NCBI GenBank assembly: GCA_017396225.1
Contig: JAFQMP010000026.1
Location: forward strand, 1 to 55,340
Length of the DNA stretch: 55,340 bases
Source of the DNA: Clostridia bacterium
GTDB taxonomy: Bacteria; Bacillota; Clostridia; Oscillospirales; CAG-272
Direction of reading: 5' to 3'
Shown piece by piece: positions 16,753 to 27,092 of this stretch (position 1 is its first letter; the number at the start of each line of letters is the position of its first letter). Position numbers and translations under genes: made by a program. Below the pieces are notes generated by a model, which was given only the letters and a program-made list of their open reading frames with translations, was not told the DNA's origin and ran no database searches.

Positions 16753-18108
16753 ATGGCTGCAAAAAAACGAAGAAGAAAATCACTCCGTCTGCGCATTATG
16801 CTGATTGTTCTCTCAGTACTGCTGGTTGCATCTCTGGTTACCACCATTATTCTGCTCTCCAAGCGAAAGCCCAAGGGCACGCTTGCCGAGGCCACTGTTG
16901 TACGCGCCTCACTTTCGAGCAGCATTTCCTCTGCAGGAACAATTCAGGAAATGGAATTCAAAACCGATGTGCCGCTTGCCGCACTGACGCTTGAAAACGC
17001 AGAAACGCTTTCCGAAATCCTGGAAAACGACTATACCGTCAACCTGATTACCTTCCTGAGCGAGGGCAGTCAGGGCCCCTTCCTCTACCGTGTAAAATGG
17101 GTGTCCGAGGCCCTGCACGGCAAGATGACCGAAATTTCCACCGATGAGGAAAATCAGGATATCATCAAGCTGGTACCTGTCTATTTTGACTGGGCAGCTG
17201 CCACTGCCGCCTTTAACGAGGCTGTCGCCAACAACTCCACCTCCGCCGAGAATGTCAAGGAATATGTCATTCTTCTTTTGCTGCGCGAAGGCGTTTCCAA
17301 CATTGACCCCGCTGTATTCCCCGACCATTTCTGGATTGAGGAAACGGACACCGCCAAGCACGTCACCGTTGACACAAAGCGCATCGGTGATATGATTCTC
17401 TCAGAGCTTGAGCATCTTGACAGAATTTCCTTTACCCTTTCTAACCTTACCTGGGGCGAGGGTGATATTCTGGTGCTTGACAACAAGCTCTTTACCGTTA
17501 CCTATAGTGAGCTTTTTGCCACCTTTACGATGAGCGAGTATGACGTCCCCGTCATTCACGAGCGCCTGCAAAAGGACGAACGCGTCTATGCTGCAGTCAG
17601 CGTCAACGCCCTTTCGGGTCGTAAGCTGGTAGCAGACATTGTGTCGATTGAGCCCGGCAAAAACTCCTCCGGCATCGCCTATTTCACCCTGTTTGGCAGA
17701 CTGATTTTCCCTGAGATTACAGAGAACGAAGACGGCAAACAAAAGGGCGACTATACCTACTATGATGAATTTCTGAGTGACAGCAACGTCACCTATTTGG
17801 GCGTTGATATCAAGGATAACATTCTTGAGGAGGAAATTCTCTCCGGCTATTCTATCACCGTTTCTGCACAGAAGGCAGTCGTGGAAAACACCCTGATTGT
17901 GCCCACCAAGTGCATTTACTATGATGATGGCAAGCGTCCCTACGTAACCGTTCTTGACAGCGAGGGCAAGGAAAAGCGCGTATATATCAAAATTACGCTT
18001 TCGACCGGCACCGATGCCGCTGTTACCGCTGCTGAGGGCTATACGCTGAATGAAGGTGACATTCTGCGCTATATTGCCGATGCTTCGCTGATTGGCTCGC
18101 TCTTCTGA
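16753..18108 (+). CDS. Divergent MacA/YknX-like membrane fusion (adaptor) protein
   Basis: Basic N-terminus plus TM, VVRASLSSSISSAGTI, SEYDV...V.V.VNAL, C-terminal LIVP..CI...G..YV.V...L.EGD; start at MAAKKRR. Confidence 0.7.
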   Translation: MAAKKRRRKSLRLRIMLIVLSVLLVASLVTTIILLSKRKPKGTLAEATVVRASLSSSISSAGTIQEMEFKTDVPLAALTLENAETLSEILENDYTVNLITFLSEGSQGPFLYRVKWVSEALHGKMTEISTDEENQDIIKLVPVYFDWAAATAAFNEAVANNSTSAENVKEYVILLLLREGVSNIDPAVFPDHFWIEETDTAKHVTVDTKRIGDMILSELEHLDRISFTLSNLTWGEGDILVLDNKLFTVTYSELFATFTMSEYDVPVIHERLQKDERVYAAVSVNALSGRKLVADIVSIEPGKNSSGIAYFTLFGRLIFPEITENEDGKQKGDYTYYDEFLSDSNVTYLGVDIKDNILEEEILSGYSITVSAQKAVVENTLIVPTKCIYYDDGKRPYVTVLDSEGKEKRVYIKITLSTGTDAAVTAAEGYTLNEGDILRYIADASLIGSLF

Positions 18109-18827
18109 TGCAAGCAACACATCTGCTTGATTTACAAAACGTCACCAAAACCTATCACATGGGTGACGTGGAATTCCCCGTGCTGCACGGCATCACCTTT
18201 TCCGTGGACGCGGGAGAATTCGTGTCTGTACTCGGCCCCTCCGGCTCCGGCAAATCAACCCTGATGAACATTATCGGCTGCCTTGATGTGGCGGACGACG
18301 GCACCTATACCATTGGGCGCCGCGCCGTCACGGGCTTATCCGAGCGCGATATGGCAAAGCTCAGAAACCGCGATATCGGCTTCGTCTTCCAAAGCTTTCA
18401 GCTTCTGCCCCGCATCTCGGCGCTTGAAAACGTCATGCTCCCCCTGATTTATGCAAAGGTTCCCCGCAAGCAGCGCATCGCGCGCGCCATGGCGGAGCTT
18501 GCTCGTGTGGGACTCGCTGACAAGGCCGACAATCTCCCCCGCCAATTATCGGGCGGTCAGCAGCAGCGCGTTGCCATTGCGCGCGCACTGGTCACACGCC
18601 CGCGCATTATCCTTGCAGACGAGCCGACGGGTGCACTTGACCGTACCACGGGTGCGCAAATTATGGATATTTTCCGCGCACTCAACGAGGAGGGCATCAC
18701 CATTGTTATGATTACGCATGACCACAAGGTTGCCTCCTATGCCTCCCGTGTCGTACACATTCTCGATGGACGGATTTACAGCGCGGAGGAATACGCCGCG
18801 CTTGAATCTGCGGAAGGAGGCACCTGA
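18108..18827 (+). CDS. MacB/LolD-type ABC transporter ATP-binding protein
   Basis: GPSGSGKST, IGFVFQSF, LSGGQQQRVAIARAL, ILADEPTGALD, ITHD. Confidence 0.95.
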   Translation: MQATHLLDLQNVTKTYHMGDVEFPVLHGITFSVDAGEFVSVLGPSGSGKSTLMNIIGCLDVADDGTYTIGRRAVTGLSERDMAKLRNRDIGFVFQSFQLLPRISALENVMLPLIYAKVPRKQRIARAMAELARVGLADKADNLPRQLSGGQQQRVAIARALVTRPRIILADEPTGALDRTTGAQIMDIFRALNEEGITIVMITHDHKVASYASRVVHILDGRIYSAEEYAALESAEGGT

Positions 18828-20038
18828 TGTTTTTCCTCAGCACCATTCGTATGAGCTTTTCGAATCTGCGCGCCAATGCGATGCGCACCTTTCTTACCAT
18901 GCTCGGCGTTATCATCGGTATCACCTCTATCATCGCACTCCTTGCCATCGGTCAGGGCGTTACCGACTCGGTTATCGACCAGCTTGCGGGCTTGGGCGGC
19001 AACCGCGCCACGGTTTCAATCAGTGATAACACCGTCAAAAAGGGCTTTACCGAGGGTGAGCTTGCGCAGTTTGCCGCGCTGGAAGGCGTGGAGGGCGTTG
19101 CCCCCATTCTGACAAGCAACCGTGTGATTACCCTGCTCCCCGAACAGACCAACAGCAAATTTGACAGTGCACACAGCTCAGGCCGCCGTGTGATGGGTGT
19201 CAATGACTTTTATTTCTCCACCTACACCAAAAACGCAGGTATGCTCTACGGTCGCAGTATCTCGGCAGACGATGTGCATTTCCGCACCAATGTTTGTGTG
19301 CTCGGCTACGAGCTCTGGCAAAAGCTGTATGGCAACTACTCCCCCATCGGAGAAACTATACTGGTACAAAATACACCCTGTACCATCATTGGCGTGATGA
19401 ATCAGCTGGTCGGCATTGACGTTTCCGGCAACAACGCCATCATCGTCCCCTACACCACCGCCTCTCAGGCGCTGGAAATGGGCTTACCCGGCAGCTTTGA
19501 CGTTGTCATCGGTTCCTCCCGTAACAGCGACGAGGTTATTGAAAGCATCAAAAACCTCTGCGCCAAGCTCCTTGGCTCCGGCTCCAACCGTGAAATGTAC
19601 AGCGTAGTTAACCAGGAAGAAATTCTTGACATGGTACTGACTATCACCGACCTTGTCCTCGGTATGCTGGCAGGCATTGCCGTTATTGCCTTGGTTGTCG
19701 GCGGTATCGGCATTATGAATATGATGCTGGTTACGGTATCCGAGCGCACGGCAGAAATCGGTCTGCGCAAGGCACTGGGCGCACGCCCCGGCGTCATTCT
19801 GCTGCAATTCCTGATTGAGGCTATCATCATCAGCCTGTTTGGCGGCATCATTGGTGTTGCCCTCGGCTTTGGTGCCTCCTACGTCGCCTCGATGCTCATC
19901 GGATACACCTTCAAATTTAATCCCCTGATTGCGATGCTGGCGCTGCTCTTCTCCCTTGCCGTTGGTGCAATCTTCGGTCTGCTTCCCGCACGTCGCGCGG
20001 CAAAAATGAACCCCATTGAGGCACTTCGTTCCTCATAA
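18827..20038 (+). CDS. MacB/FtsX-type ABC transporter permease
   Basis: RTFLTMLGVIIGI, VGGIGIMNMMLVTVSERTAEIGLRKALGA, PARRAAKMNPIEALR. Confidence 0.95.
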   Translation: MFFLSTIRMSFSNLRANAMRTFLTMLGVIIGITSIIALLAIGQGVTDSVIDQLAGLGGNRATVSISDNTVKKGFTEGELAQFAALEGVEGVAPILTSNRVITLLPEQTNSKFDSAHSSGRRVMGVNDFYFSTYTKNAGMLYGRSISADDVHFRTNVCVLGYELWQKLYGNYSPIGETILVQNTPCTIIGVMNQLVGIDVSGNNAIIVPYTTASQALEMGLPGSFDVVIGSSRNSDEVIESIKNLCAKLLGSGSNREMYSVVNQEEILDMVLTITDLVLGMLAGIAVIALVVGGIGIMNMMLVTVSERTAEIGLRKALGARPGVILLQFLIEAIIISLFGGIIGVALGFGASYVASMLIGYTFKFNPLIAMLALLFSLAVGAIFGLLPARRAAKMNPIEALRSS

Positions 20039-20057
20039 CAAAAAGTAAACAAAAAAC

Positions 20058-20097
20058 AAGCGCTGCAAGAGCAAATGCTCTTGCAGCGCTTTTCTTT
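20058..20097. terminator. Bidirectional intrinsic terminator
   Basis: aagcgctgcaagagc-aaat-gctcttgcagcgctt between convergent operons. Confidence 0.85.
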
Positions 20098-20098
20098 A

Positions 20099-20920
20099 TC
20101 AGTCGGGAATAAAGCTATCAAAAATCGGATAGTGCCCCTTCTCAAGAAAATAGATATAATCCTCTTTTTTCTGCATTGTGAAGACGAAGGAGGCTGCACC
20201 AAAGAGTTTTAAGCCCACGCGCAGCGCAAGGCGGCGCGGATAATGTCCGTCCCATGCATGGAAGGCAGGGCGGGCAAGGAAGGTTAACAGAAGCGCGGAA
20301 AGTGCAAAATTCAGCAAGCGGGAGCCCGTGTGCTTTTGCTGAATCAAATCCGTGGAAAGCAGCCCACGCAGCACCTGCGGACGATTCTTCTTAAACCAGC
20401 GCAACAGCATCGGATTAAAGCTTTCCACAACATAGGGGCCGCTGTATGTATCCAGCAGCTCCATCAAGGGCGCGCAGAGCGCCGTATTGGTGCTCTCGCC
20501 CTTCAATTCAATCAGCAGAGGCACGCGACCGTCCACAAGAGCAAGCACCTCTGCAAGGGTAGGGATATGCTCCTCACTGCCCTTCAGTCGCTTTGTCGCA
20601 AGCTCGGCGCAGGTTAGCTCGGAAAGCCTGACCTCCTCGCCACACATACGCGTAAGAGTATAGTCGTGAAAAACCATAACAGTGCCGTCCCCCGACAGCT
20701 GCACATCAAGCTCAATGGCATAACCTGCCTCGGCAGCACGCGCAAAGGCTGCAAGCGAATTTTCGGGCACCTCTGCATTCCAAAGGCCGCGGTGCGCATA
20801 CGCACGCAGGAAGGGCCTCATTTCTTTTTTGCGCGCACGAGGAGCAATCAGAAAGAGCCATACCCCCAAAAGTACCACCACGGGTATGAAAATCAACAAT
20901 AAAATCTGCCAGAGGTGCAT
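20099..20920 (-). CDS. Membrane-anchored glycerophosphodiester phosphodiesterase
   Basis: N-terminal TM, YAHRGL, PENSLAAF, IELDVQ, VFHD, LLIELK, ESFNP. Confidence 0.92.
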   Translation of the reverse strand: MHLWQILLLIFIPVVVLLGVWLFLIAPRARKKEMRPFLRAYAHRGLWNAEVPENSLAAFARAAEAGYAIELDVQLSGDGTVMVFHDYTLTRMCGEEVRLSELTCAELATKRLKGSEEHIPTLAEVLALVDGRVPLLIELKGESTNTALCAPLMELLDTYSGPYVVESFNPMLLRWFKKNRPQVLRGLLSTDLIQQKHTGSRLLNFALSALLLTFLARPAFHAWDGHYPRRLALRVGLKLFGAASFVFTMQKKEDYIYFLEKGHYPIFDSFIPD

Positions 20921-20921
20921 A

Positions 20922-22511
20922 TCAGTCACCGCCGCCAAGTCCCTCAAGCACCGTGGCCTTTGCCTCGGGCTTGGAATCGCCGTGACGGACAAAGAACATC
21001 GTCACAAATGCGAGGGCGACAAAGAAGGTCGCGTAGGGGAAGAGCGTGCGCCAGCTGATGTTATCCAGCAGCACGCCGGAGAAAATGGGCGTGACAACCT
21101 GCGCCGCCATGCTGGCCGTGTAGTAAAAGCCGGTGTAACGACCGACATTACTGCCTTGCGCAAGCTCTACCACCATAGGATAGGAGTTGACGTTAATGGT
21201 TGCCCAGCCGATGCCCGCAAGGGCAAAGAGCAGCGGCATCAACAGCTTTTTTACAAGCGGTGCGCTCTCCGCACCCAGGAAAGATGCAAAGAAGAAGGAG
21301 GTGGCCAGAATGACAACACCGCCGAGAATCATCTTCTTTCTGCCAAGCTTAGCCGAAAGCATACCGACCGGCAAATAAGCAACAATCGCCGCCGCCTGCG
21401 CGATGAGCAGTGTCATATTATAGTCCACATCAAGCACGGTGCTCGCATAAACCGAATATTTACTGGTGACGGCATTATAGCCCATAAACCAGAAGACAAC
21501 AGAAGCAAGAATGAGGAAAAGCGAAATGCGCTCGGCACGGGAAAGCTTGCGCTCACCAAGGGTGGTCTCCTCTGCGGGAGCAGCATCAAGACCAAGGCGC
21601 TTGGTTTCCTCCTCCATTTCGGCAGCCCACTTGGGCTCGCGCACCGTGAAAAGGAAGACGGCAAGGCCCACCAGCATAATGCCTGCCACCACGGCGAAAA
21701 ATGCACTGTAGCTCATCATAGCGTTTTTCACAGAGCCCGTGGCAAACACCTTGCCAAGCAGCAAAACGAGAATACCGCCGGCGGTACCCATCAGATTGAT
21801 AACAGCATTCGCCTTGGAGCGCAACGGCTTAATTGTCACATCGGGCATCAACGCGACCGCAGGGGAACGGAAGGTGCCCATCGCAACCAACGTAAAGAAA
21901 AGCAATGCCATAAAGACAATCAGCGGCGTAGCATTTTCCTTGGTTATCTTCGCGGCATAGGCCTGCCTTGCAGGCACAACCTTATTGGTATAATCGGGAT
22001 TGGTTGCGTCCTTGCCGTTTTCATCAACGACAGAAATCGGAATCGAGGTGAATTCTTCTTTTCCAATCAGCTCCTGCAGGGGCTTTTTATCGGCCACCAG
22101 GCTGTCAGAATTGAAATCGCGTACCGTGGGATTCTTTTCCCATATTTCGGTAAGCGCCTCGGTATACGCCTCGCCCTCCACACCGGTAACGCGCTCAATA
22201 CGCGCAAGCTGCGCATTATCGGCGACCGACAGCGAAACAAGCAGTATAGCAGCACAAACGGTACCGACAACAATAAAAGGCGTGCGACGGCCAAAGCGGC
22301 TGTTCACCTTATCAGAAAGCGCACCAAAGAGCGGCAGCAACAGCAACGCAAAGACGTTGTCAAGTGCCATAATGGCACCTGACCAGGTCTGTGCAAGACC
22401 AAATTTGTTTGTCAGAATAATCGGAACAATTGAATCGTACGCCTGCCAGAACGCAGTAATCAGAAAAAAGGCAAATCCTACGAATACTGTACGCTTGTAA
22501 TTAAGCTTCAT
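20922..22511 (-). CDS. MFS transporter (maltose/sucrose SLC45-like) with a large loop insertion
   Basis: Multiple TMs, GALSDK..SRFGRRTPF, FRSPAVALMPD, GWATINVNSYPMV, GRYTGFYY. Confidence 0.9.
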   Translation of the reverse strand: MKLNYKRTVFVGFAFFLITAFWQAYDSIVPIILTNKFGLAQTWSGAIMALDNVFALLLLPLFGALSDKVNSRFGRRTPFIVVGTVCAAILLVSLSVADNAQLARIERVTGVEGEAYTEALTEIWEKNPTVRDFNSDSLVADKKPLQELIGKEEFTSIPISVVDENGKDATNPDYTNKVVPARQAYAAKITKENATPLIVFMALLFFTLVAMGTFRSPAVALMPDVTIKPLRSKANAVINLMGTAGGILVLLLGKVFATGSVKNAMMSYSAFFAVVAGIMLVGLAVFLFTVREPKWAAEMEEETKRLGLDAAPAEETTLGERKLSRAERISLFLILASVVFWFMGYNAVTSKYSVYASTVLDVDYNMTLLIAQAAAIVAYLPVGMLSAKLGRKKMILGGVVILATSFFFASFLGAESAPLVKKLLMPLLFALAGIGWATINVNSYPMVVELAQGSNVGRYTGFYYTASMAAQVVTPIFSGVLLDNISWRTLFPYATFFVALAFVTMFFVRHGDSKPEAKATVLEGLGGGD

Positions 22512-23058
22512 TGTGATATTCTCCTTTCAGCATTGTCCACACACGCAGTGCGGCAACCTGTGTTTTACCGTCCAGAATATTGCCCGCGAGAACCTCGCCC
22601 ACAAGCTCGTCAAGCGGCATACGGAAGACCTCCAAAAATTCGTCCTCGTCGGTTTCCTGCTCTGCAAAGGTTAGATTACGGGCAAGATATAAACGCAAAC
22701 GCTCGTCAAGAATAGCGGGCGAACCGTAGTAATCACCAAGGTAAACGAGTTCCCCGGCGAGAGCACCCGTTTCCTCGCGCAACTCACGGAGCGCCGCCTT
22801 GCGCGGGTCCTCGGTGGGGCTGTCCAGCTTCCCTGCGGGAATCTCCACCAAAACCTCGTGGAAAGGATAGCGGAATTGCTTTTCTAAGATAACATCACCC
22901 TCGTCAGTCAGCGGCAGTACCGCCACCGCACCCACGTGATGTACATATTCGCGTGTTGCATCTACACCATTTGGCAGGGTAACGGTATCCAGCCGCACGT
23001 TTAGCACCTTGCCGTCGAAAATAACCTCCGAGGTTTTCTTTCGTTCTTCTAAATTCAT
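22501..23058 (-). CDS. nudF: NUDIX hydrolase, ADP-ribose pyrophosphatase-like
   Basis: QFRYP..EIPAGKLD....ALRELREETG Nudix box. Confidence 0.88.
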   Translation of the reverse strand: MNLEERKKTSEVIFDGKVLNVRLDTVTLPNGVDATREYVHHVGAVAVLPLTDEGDVILEKQFRYPFHEVLVEIPAGKLDSPTEDPRKAALRELREETGALAGELVYLGDYYGSPAILDERLRLYLARNLTFAEQETDEDEFLEVFRMPLDELVGEVLAGNILDGKTQVAALRVWTMLKGEYHNEA

Positions 23059-23228
23059 AAATAGATTTCCTTTCCTTTTCATCGTTCATGCAGGAAATAA
23101 TATACATAAATATTATACCCTATTATAAGTAATTTGTAAAGAGAAATTGAAAAATCAGAAAATGCGCTGCAAGGAGCGTTTTGCGGACAAGCCGCATAAC
23201 GCAAGCACTCCTTACAGCGCATATCAAA

Positions 23229-23870
23229 TTATGCAAAATTCAATCGGGTCACAGCCGCCTTGATTTCTCCACCCGTGTAGCCATATCGCACAAGTGCTGC
23301 GGCAAAGCGTGCCGCAGATTGCTCGTCCTGCGGCAAGGGCATACGGCGCTTTTCAATCAAACGTATACAACGTGCCACGCTATCGCTTTCCGAAAGCAGT
23401 TCCTGTACACGGGAAAGCGCAGACCTGCTGTATCCTTTTTCGCGCAGCGCTGCCAGGATACGCCGATTGCCCCATAGCTTGGCAAGACATTTTTCTGCTT
23501 CACAAACAGCACTTTTCCCCTCATCGAGTACGCCCTCTGCAATCAATTCTTCCACCACGCGCTGCGCAAGCTTCTGCTCCACGCCAAATGCGCGTAATTT
23601 TCTGACCAATGCAAAAGGAGAGATATTTGATGCGCTAAGATAACGATAAGCTTTTGTCAGCGCATCGGCAAAACGACTTTCCGCAAGGTAGTAGGCAAGC
23701 TCGTCCTCGCGCAAAGCACCAATCTGCGGCAGTGCATCAAGCCTTGCAACCATGGGCGAAAGCAGCATTTTTTCCGTACCCGTATCGGTTTTTATCTCAA
23801 TTTGCAGGGAGAGCCGCGCGCCACCGTCCGTGGCGCGCATGCTGCAAAGTCTGATGACCGGCTCAGTCAT
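23229..23870 (-). CDS. recX: Regulatory protein RecX
   Basis: Immediately after recA; LDE...WGNRRI...LREKG, LVRYGY helical repeats. Confidence 0.85.
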   Translation of the reverse strand: MTEPVIRLCSMRATDGGARLSLQIEIKTDTGTEKMLLSPMVARLDALPQIGALREDELAYYLAESRFADALTKAYRYLSASNISPFALVRKLRAFGVEQKLAQRVVEELIAEGVLDEGKSAVCEAEKCLAKLWGNRRILAALREKGYSRSALSRVQELLSESDSVARCIRLIEKRRMPLPQDEQSAARFAAALVRYGYTGGEIKAAVTRLNFA

Positions 23871-24981
23871 CGCCGCCCATCTTCAGCGCCTGAAGGTCAA
23901 AATCCTCCTCGTCCTCATCATCTACATCAAAGGTATCCTCGCCGACCTCCATGGCATCAAAGCGTGCGCGGATTTTCGCATCAATCTCATCAAAAAGAGC
24001 CTGATTGCTTTCCAGAAGCTTGCGGACATTATCCTTGCCCTGACCCAGACGCTCACCATTATAGGAGAACCAGGAGCCGCTTTTCTGAATAACGTCAAGC
24101 GCAAGACCGATATCAACCAGCTCACCCGCGCGGGAAATGCCCTTGCCGTAAAGAATATCAAACTCCGCCACGCGGAAAGGGGGGGCAACCTTATTCTTGA
24201 CAATCTTGCACTTCACATGGTTGCCGTAAATATCGTTGCCGTTTTTCAGCTGCTCGGTCTTACGCACGTCAATACGGACAGAGGCATAGAACTTCAGCGC
24301 ACGACCGCCCGTAGTGGTTTCGGGGTTGCCGTACATCACACCAACCTTTTCGCGCAGCTGGTTGATAAAGATAACCACCGCGTTGCTCTTGGAAATCACC
24401 GCAGAAAGCTTACGCATTGCCTGCGACATCAGACGTGCCTGTACACCAACCTGCGACTGACCCATATCACCCTCAATCTCCTGACGGGGAACCAGCGCCG
24501 CAACCGAGTCAATGACAACCACATCAATGGCACCCGAGCGCACCAGCGCCTCGGTAATATCAAGCGCGTCCTCGCCACAATCGGGCTGAGATACGAGCAA
24601 ATTGTCAATATCCACGCCAAGCGCCTTAGCATATACAGGGTCAAGGGCGTGCTCGGCATCAATAAATGCCGCCTGTCCACCCGTCTTCTGTACCTCCGCC
24701 ACGATATGCAGGGCAACCGTGGTTTTACCCGAGGACTCGGGGCCAAAAATTTCGATAATACGGCCGCGCGGTACGCCGCCGATGCCAAGCGCCATATCAA
24801 GGGAAAGCGAGCCGGTATGTACTGCCTGCACCTCCATATGCGTGTTTTCGCCAAGCTTCATCACCGTGCCGGCACCATAATCGCGCTCGAGCTGCTTGAT
24901 TGCAGTTTCCAGTGCCTTTTTACGTTCAGCAGCGTCAGTACCCATGGGCATCGCGCCCTTTTTCGTTGTAGCCTTCATCAC
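23863..24981 (-). CDS. recA: Recombinase RecA
   Basis: [51 protein letters not shown]. Confidence 0.99.
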   Translation of the reverse strand: MMKATTKKGAMPMGTDAAERKKALETAIKQLERDYGAGTVMKLGENTHMEVQAVHTGSLSLDMALGIGGVPRGRIIEIFGPESSGKTTVALHIVAEVQKTGGQAAFIDAEHALDPVYAKALGVDIDNLLVSQPDCGEDALDITEALVRSGAIDVVVIDSVAALVPRQEIEGDMGQSQVGVQARLMSQAMRKLSAVISKSNAVVIFINQLREKVGVMYGNPETTTGGRALKFYASVRIDVRKTEQLKNGNDIYGNHVKCKIVKNKVAPPFRVAEFDILYGKGISRAGELVDIGLALDVIQKSGSWFSYNGERLGQGKDNVRKLLESNQALFDEIDAKIRARFDAMEVGEDTFDVDDEDEEDFDLQALKMGGDD

Positions 24982-25028
24982 AATCTCCTGTTCCCGCGAA
25001 AAGCCGCGTTTCTTTCATCGTTGACCTT

Positions 25029-25057
25029 ATTATACACGACCAAAACAGAATTGTCAA
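25029..25057 (-). promoter_or_regulatory. Consensus sigma-A promoter of recA
   Basis: Minus strand TTGACA-17 nt-TATAAT. Confidence 0.8.
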
Positions 25058-25228
25058 TAGTTTTTGCGCATATTTTTTCCAAAAGCGGAAAAATATTTTT
25101 ATTGCATTTCTAACACCGAACAATCCAATAACTTTATTTTTCCGACAGCAGAACGAAAAACGAGCAGAATGGCGCCTCGCACACATTCCGCTCGTTTCAC
25201 GTACACGCGCGCAGCAGCGCGCGTTTAT

Positions 25229-26098
25229 TTAATGAAAGATCAGAGCAATCTCCGCCGCGAAGGCTTCCCCCACGGCAATCTCACGCATATCGCCCTTTTC
25301 CTCCAACGCCGTTACGCCCTCAAGCGAGGCCATGCCATACCAAGGCTCCACGCAAACAAAATCACCGCCGTTTGCCGCCGACCAGATACCCAGATAAGGC
25401 ACCTTGCCATAGGAGAGCGTGACCGCGTGTGCCGATTTGTCAGAACAAAGCGTAACGGTAGGCGCAACATCACAAAGGAAGGTCGCATCGTGCAGGAAAA
25501 ATGCGCGCGACAGCGGAATTTCCTGCACGTTTTGCAATGGGAAGGGTACACGCGTGCCGCTGTCAAGCATATCCGGTGTAAAGACAACCGCGCGCGGCGC
25601 GCAGGGCTCGCCAAACACAAGTTTCCAATCATCATATTCTCCCGCACCGCCCAAAGGCACGGAAAAACCCGGGTGACCGCCAAAAGATGCAAGCATCGGT
25701 TCTGTGCCGAGGTTAGCAACGCAAAGCGTGCAATCCAAACGATTACCCACCAAACGGTATGTAATTTCAAAGCTGAAATCAAAAGGGTAAACCTTTTTTG
25801 TTTCCGCATTGGCAGTGAGTGTAAAGGTTAGTGCATCGTCTGTGGCGGCTGTTACCGCAAAGCCCATATCACGCGCAAAGCCGTGTCTGGGCAGCTCATA
25901 GCGCACACCGCGATAGGTGTAATAAGTATCAGCCAATCTACCGCAAATCGGGAACATCCAAGGCGCGGTTTTACCCCAATAGCGCGTATCCGCCTGCCAC
26001 ATAAATTCAGTGCCGTCCGCCGCCTTTACCGAGCGCACTTCTGCACCCTTTGTGTCAATCTGAACCGTCAGAGCTTCATTTTTTAACGTATAAATCAT
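25229..26098 (-). CDS. Aldose 1-epimerase family protein (LacX-like)
   Basis: GAE..S, WQAD..YW...AP..FP..GRL, HGFARD, YPFDF, GGHPGF, FVCVEPW.G. Confidence 0.9.
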   Translation of the reverse strand: MIYTLKNEALTVQIDTKGAEVRSVKAADGTEFMWQADTRYWGKTAPWMFPICGRLADTYYTYRGVRYELPRHGFARDMGFAVTAATDDALTFTLTANAETKKVYPFDFSFEITYRLVGNRLDCTLCVANLGTEPMLASFGGHPGFSVPLGGAGEYDDWKLVFGEPCAPRAVVFTPDMLDSGTRVPFPLQNVQEIPLSRAFFLHDATFLCDVAPTVTLCSDKSAHAVTLSYGKVPYLGIWSAANGGDFVCVEPWYGMASLEGVTALEEKGDMREIAVGEAFAAEIALIFH

Positions 26099-26119
26099 AT
26101 CGTATCCCTCCCAATATTA

Positions 26120-26923
26120 TCAACGCCTTGTACGCGGCGTATGCCCTGTAAAGCGTTTGAAAAGTCTGCTGAAATAGTTGACGTCCTCCACACCGACCAC
26201 CCTTGCAATCTCCGCTACCGAAAGCATGGTCGTGGAGAGCAGCTCTGCGGCAGCCTCCACCTTGATCCTCAACATATAATGCTTGGGCGACACCCCGGTG
26301 CTCTCCTTAAAGGCGTGCGCAAAGCGTCCCACACTCCGGTGACACATTGCAGCATAAAAGGCGACATCAAGATTCTCAGTATAATGTGTGTGCATATGGC
26401 GCAGCACCGCGTCCATATTCCGCTGCCTTGCAGGGGTGATTGCCTTTTCCAGATAACTTTTTTGCCGTCCTGCGGCCGCAAAGAACTGCAGAAAAAGTGC
26501 TACTGTATTTTCCTTATAAAGCGGCTTTTTCATGTACCACTCCTCAACAGCTGCGCGGAAAAGTCTTGCGGGCTCCGCCGCCTCACCAAGGGAGAGGACA
26601 CGTGCATCAAATCCCGCCGCCGAAAGAATATCCTCTACAGCCGTGCCGCTGAAATGCACAAAGGCAGTTGTGGTGCTGTCGGCAGCAGAAAAACGGTATT
26701 CCTGACGCTCATAGGGTCTGTACAGAATGATATTTCCTGCCTGTACCGCCCTTTCCACACCATTTTCAACAATATAACAAGCACCCTCTATAATATAAAG
26801 AACATAATAATCCGCGCGCCCCTTTTCACGCAACATGTGATAATCACGTCCCGAGAGATACTGAATATTACAGTTGTTTACTTCAAAATATCTGTCAGAA
26901 ACCCGTTCGCTGCTGACTGCCAT
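26120..26923 (-). CDS. AraC family transcriptional regulator
   Basis: Cupin N-terminus plus FK..TG.SP..Y, SVAEIA..VG..D.NYFSR.FK HTH. Confidence 0.92.
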   Translation of the reverse strand: MAVSSERVSDRYFEVNNCNIQYLSGRDYHMLREKGRADYYVLYIIEGACYIVENGVERAVQAGNIILYRPYERQEYRFSAADSTTTAFVHFSGTAVEDILSAAGFDARVLSLGEAAEPARLFRAAVEEWYMKKPLYKENTVALFLQFFAAAGRQKSYLEKAITPARQRNMDAVLRHMHTHYTENLDVAFYAAMCHRSVGRFAHAFKESTGVSPKHYMLRIKVEAAAELLSTTMLSVAEIARVVGVEDVNYFSRLFKRFTGHTPRTRR

Positions 26924-27092
26924 ACCGTTACCTCCCGCTTAATCTATTTCCATTTTAGCAAAAACATTGTTCCCTGTCAATAGCAGAATTGTGCTATTAT
27001 TCGACAGTTTACTGTCTTCCGAAAAACGGCGCGCACTGTTATACTAAGGATACTGCATCAACTGCAAATTTACAGACAAACGAGGTCGGGAT

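Noticed and set aside
24985-25200. LexA (GAAC-N4-GTTC) box upstream of recA
   Set aside because: No convincing match found by eye.
25158-25225. Two hairpins after the aldose epimerase gene
   Set aside because: Consistent with ordinary terminator or stabiliser structures; no further copies noticed in the window.
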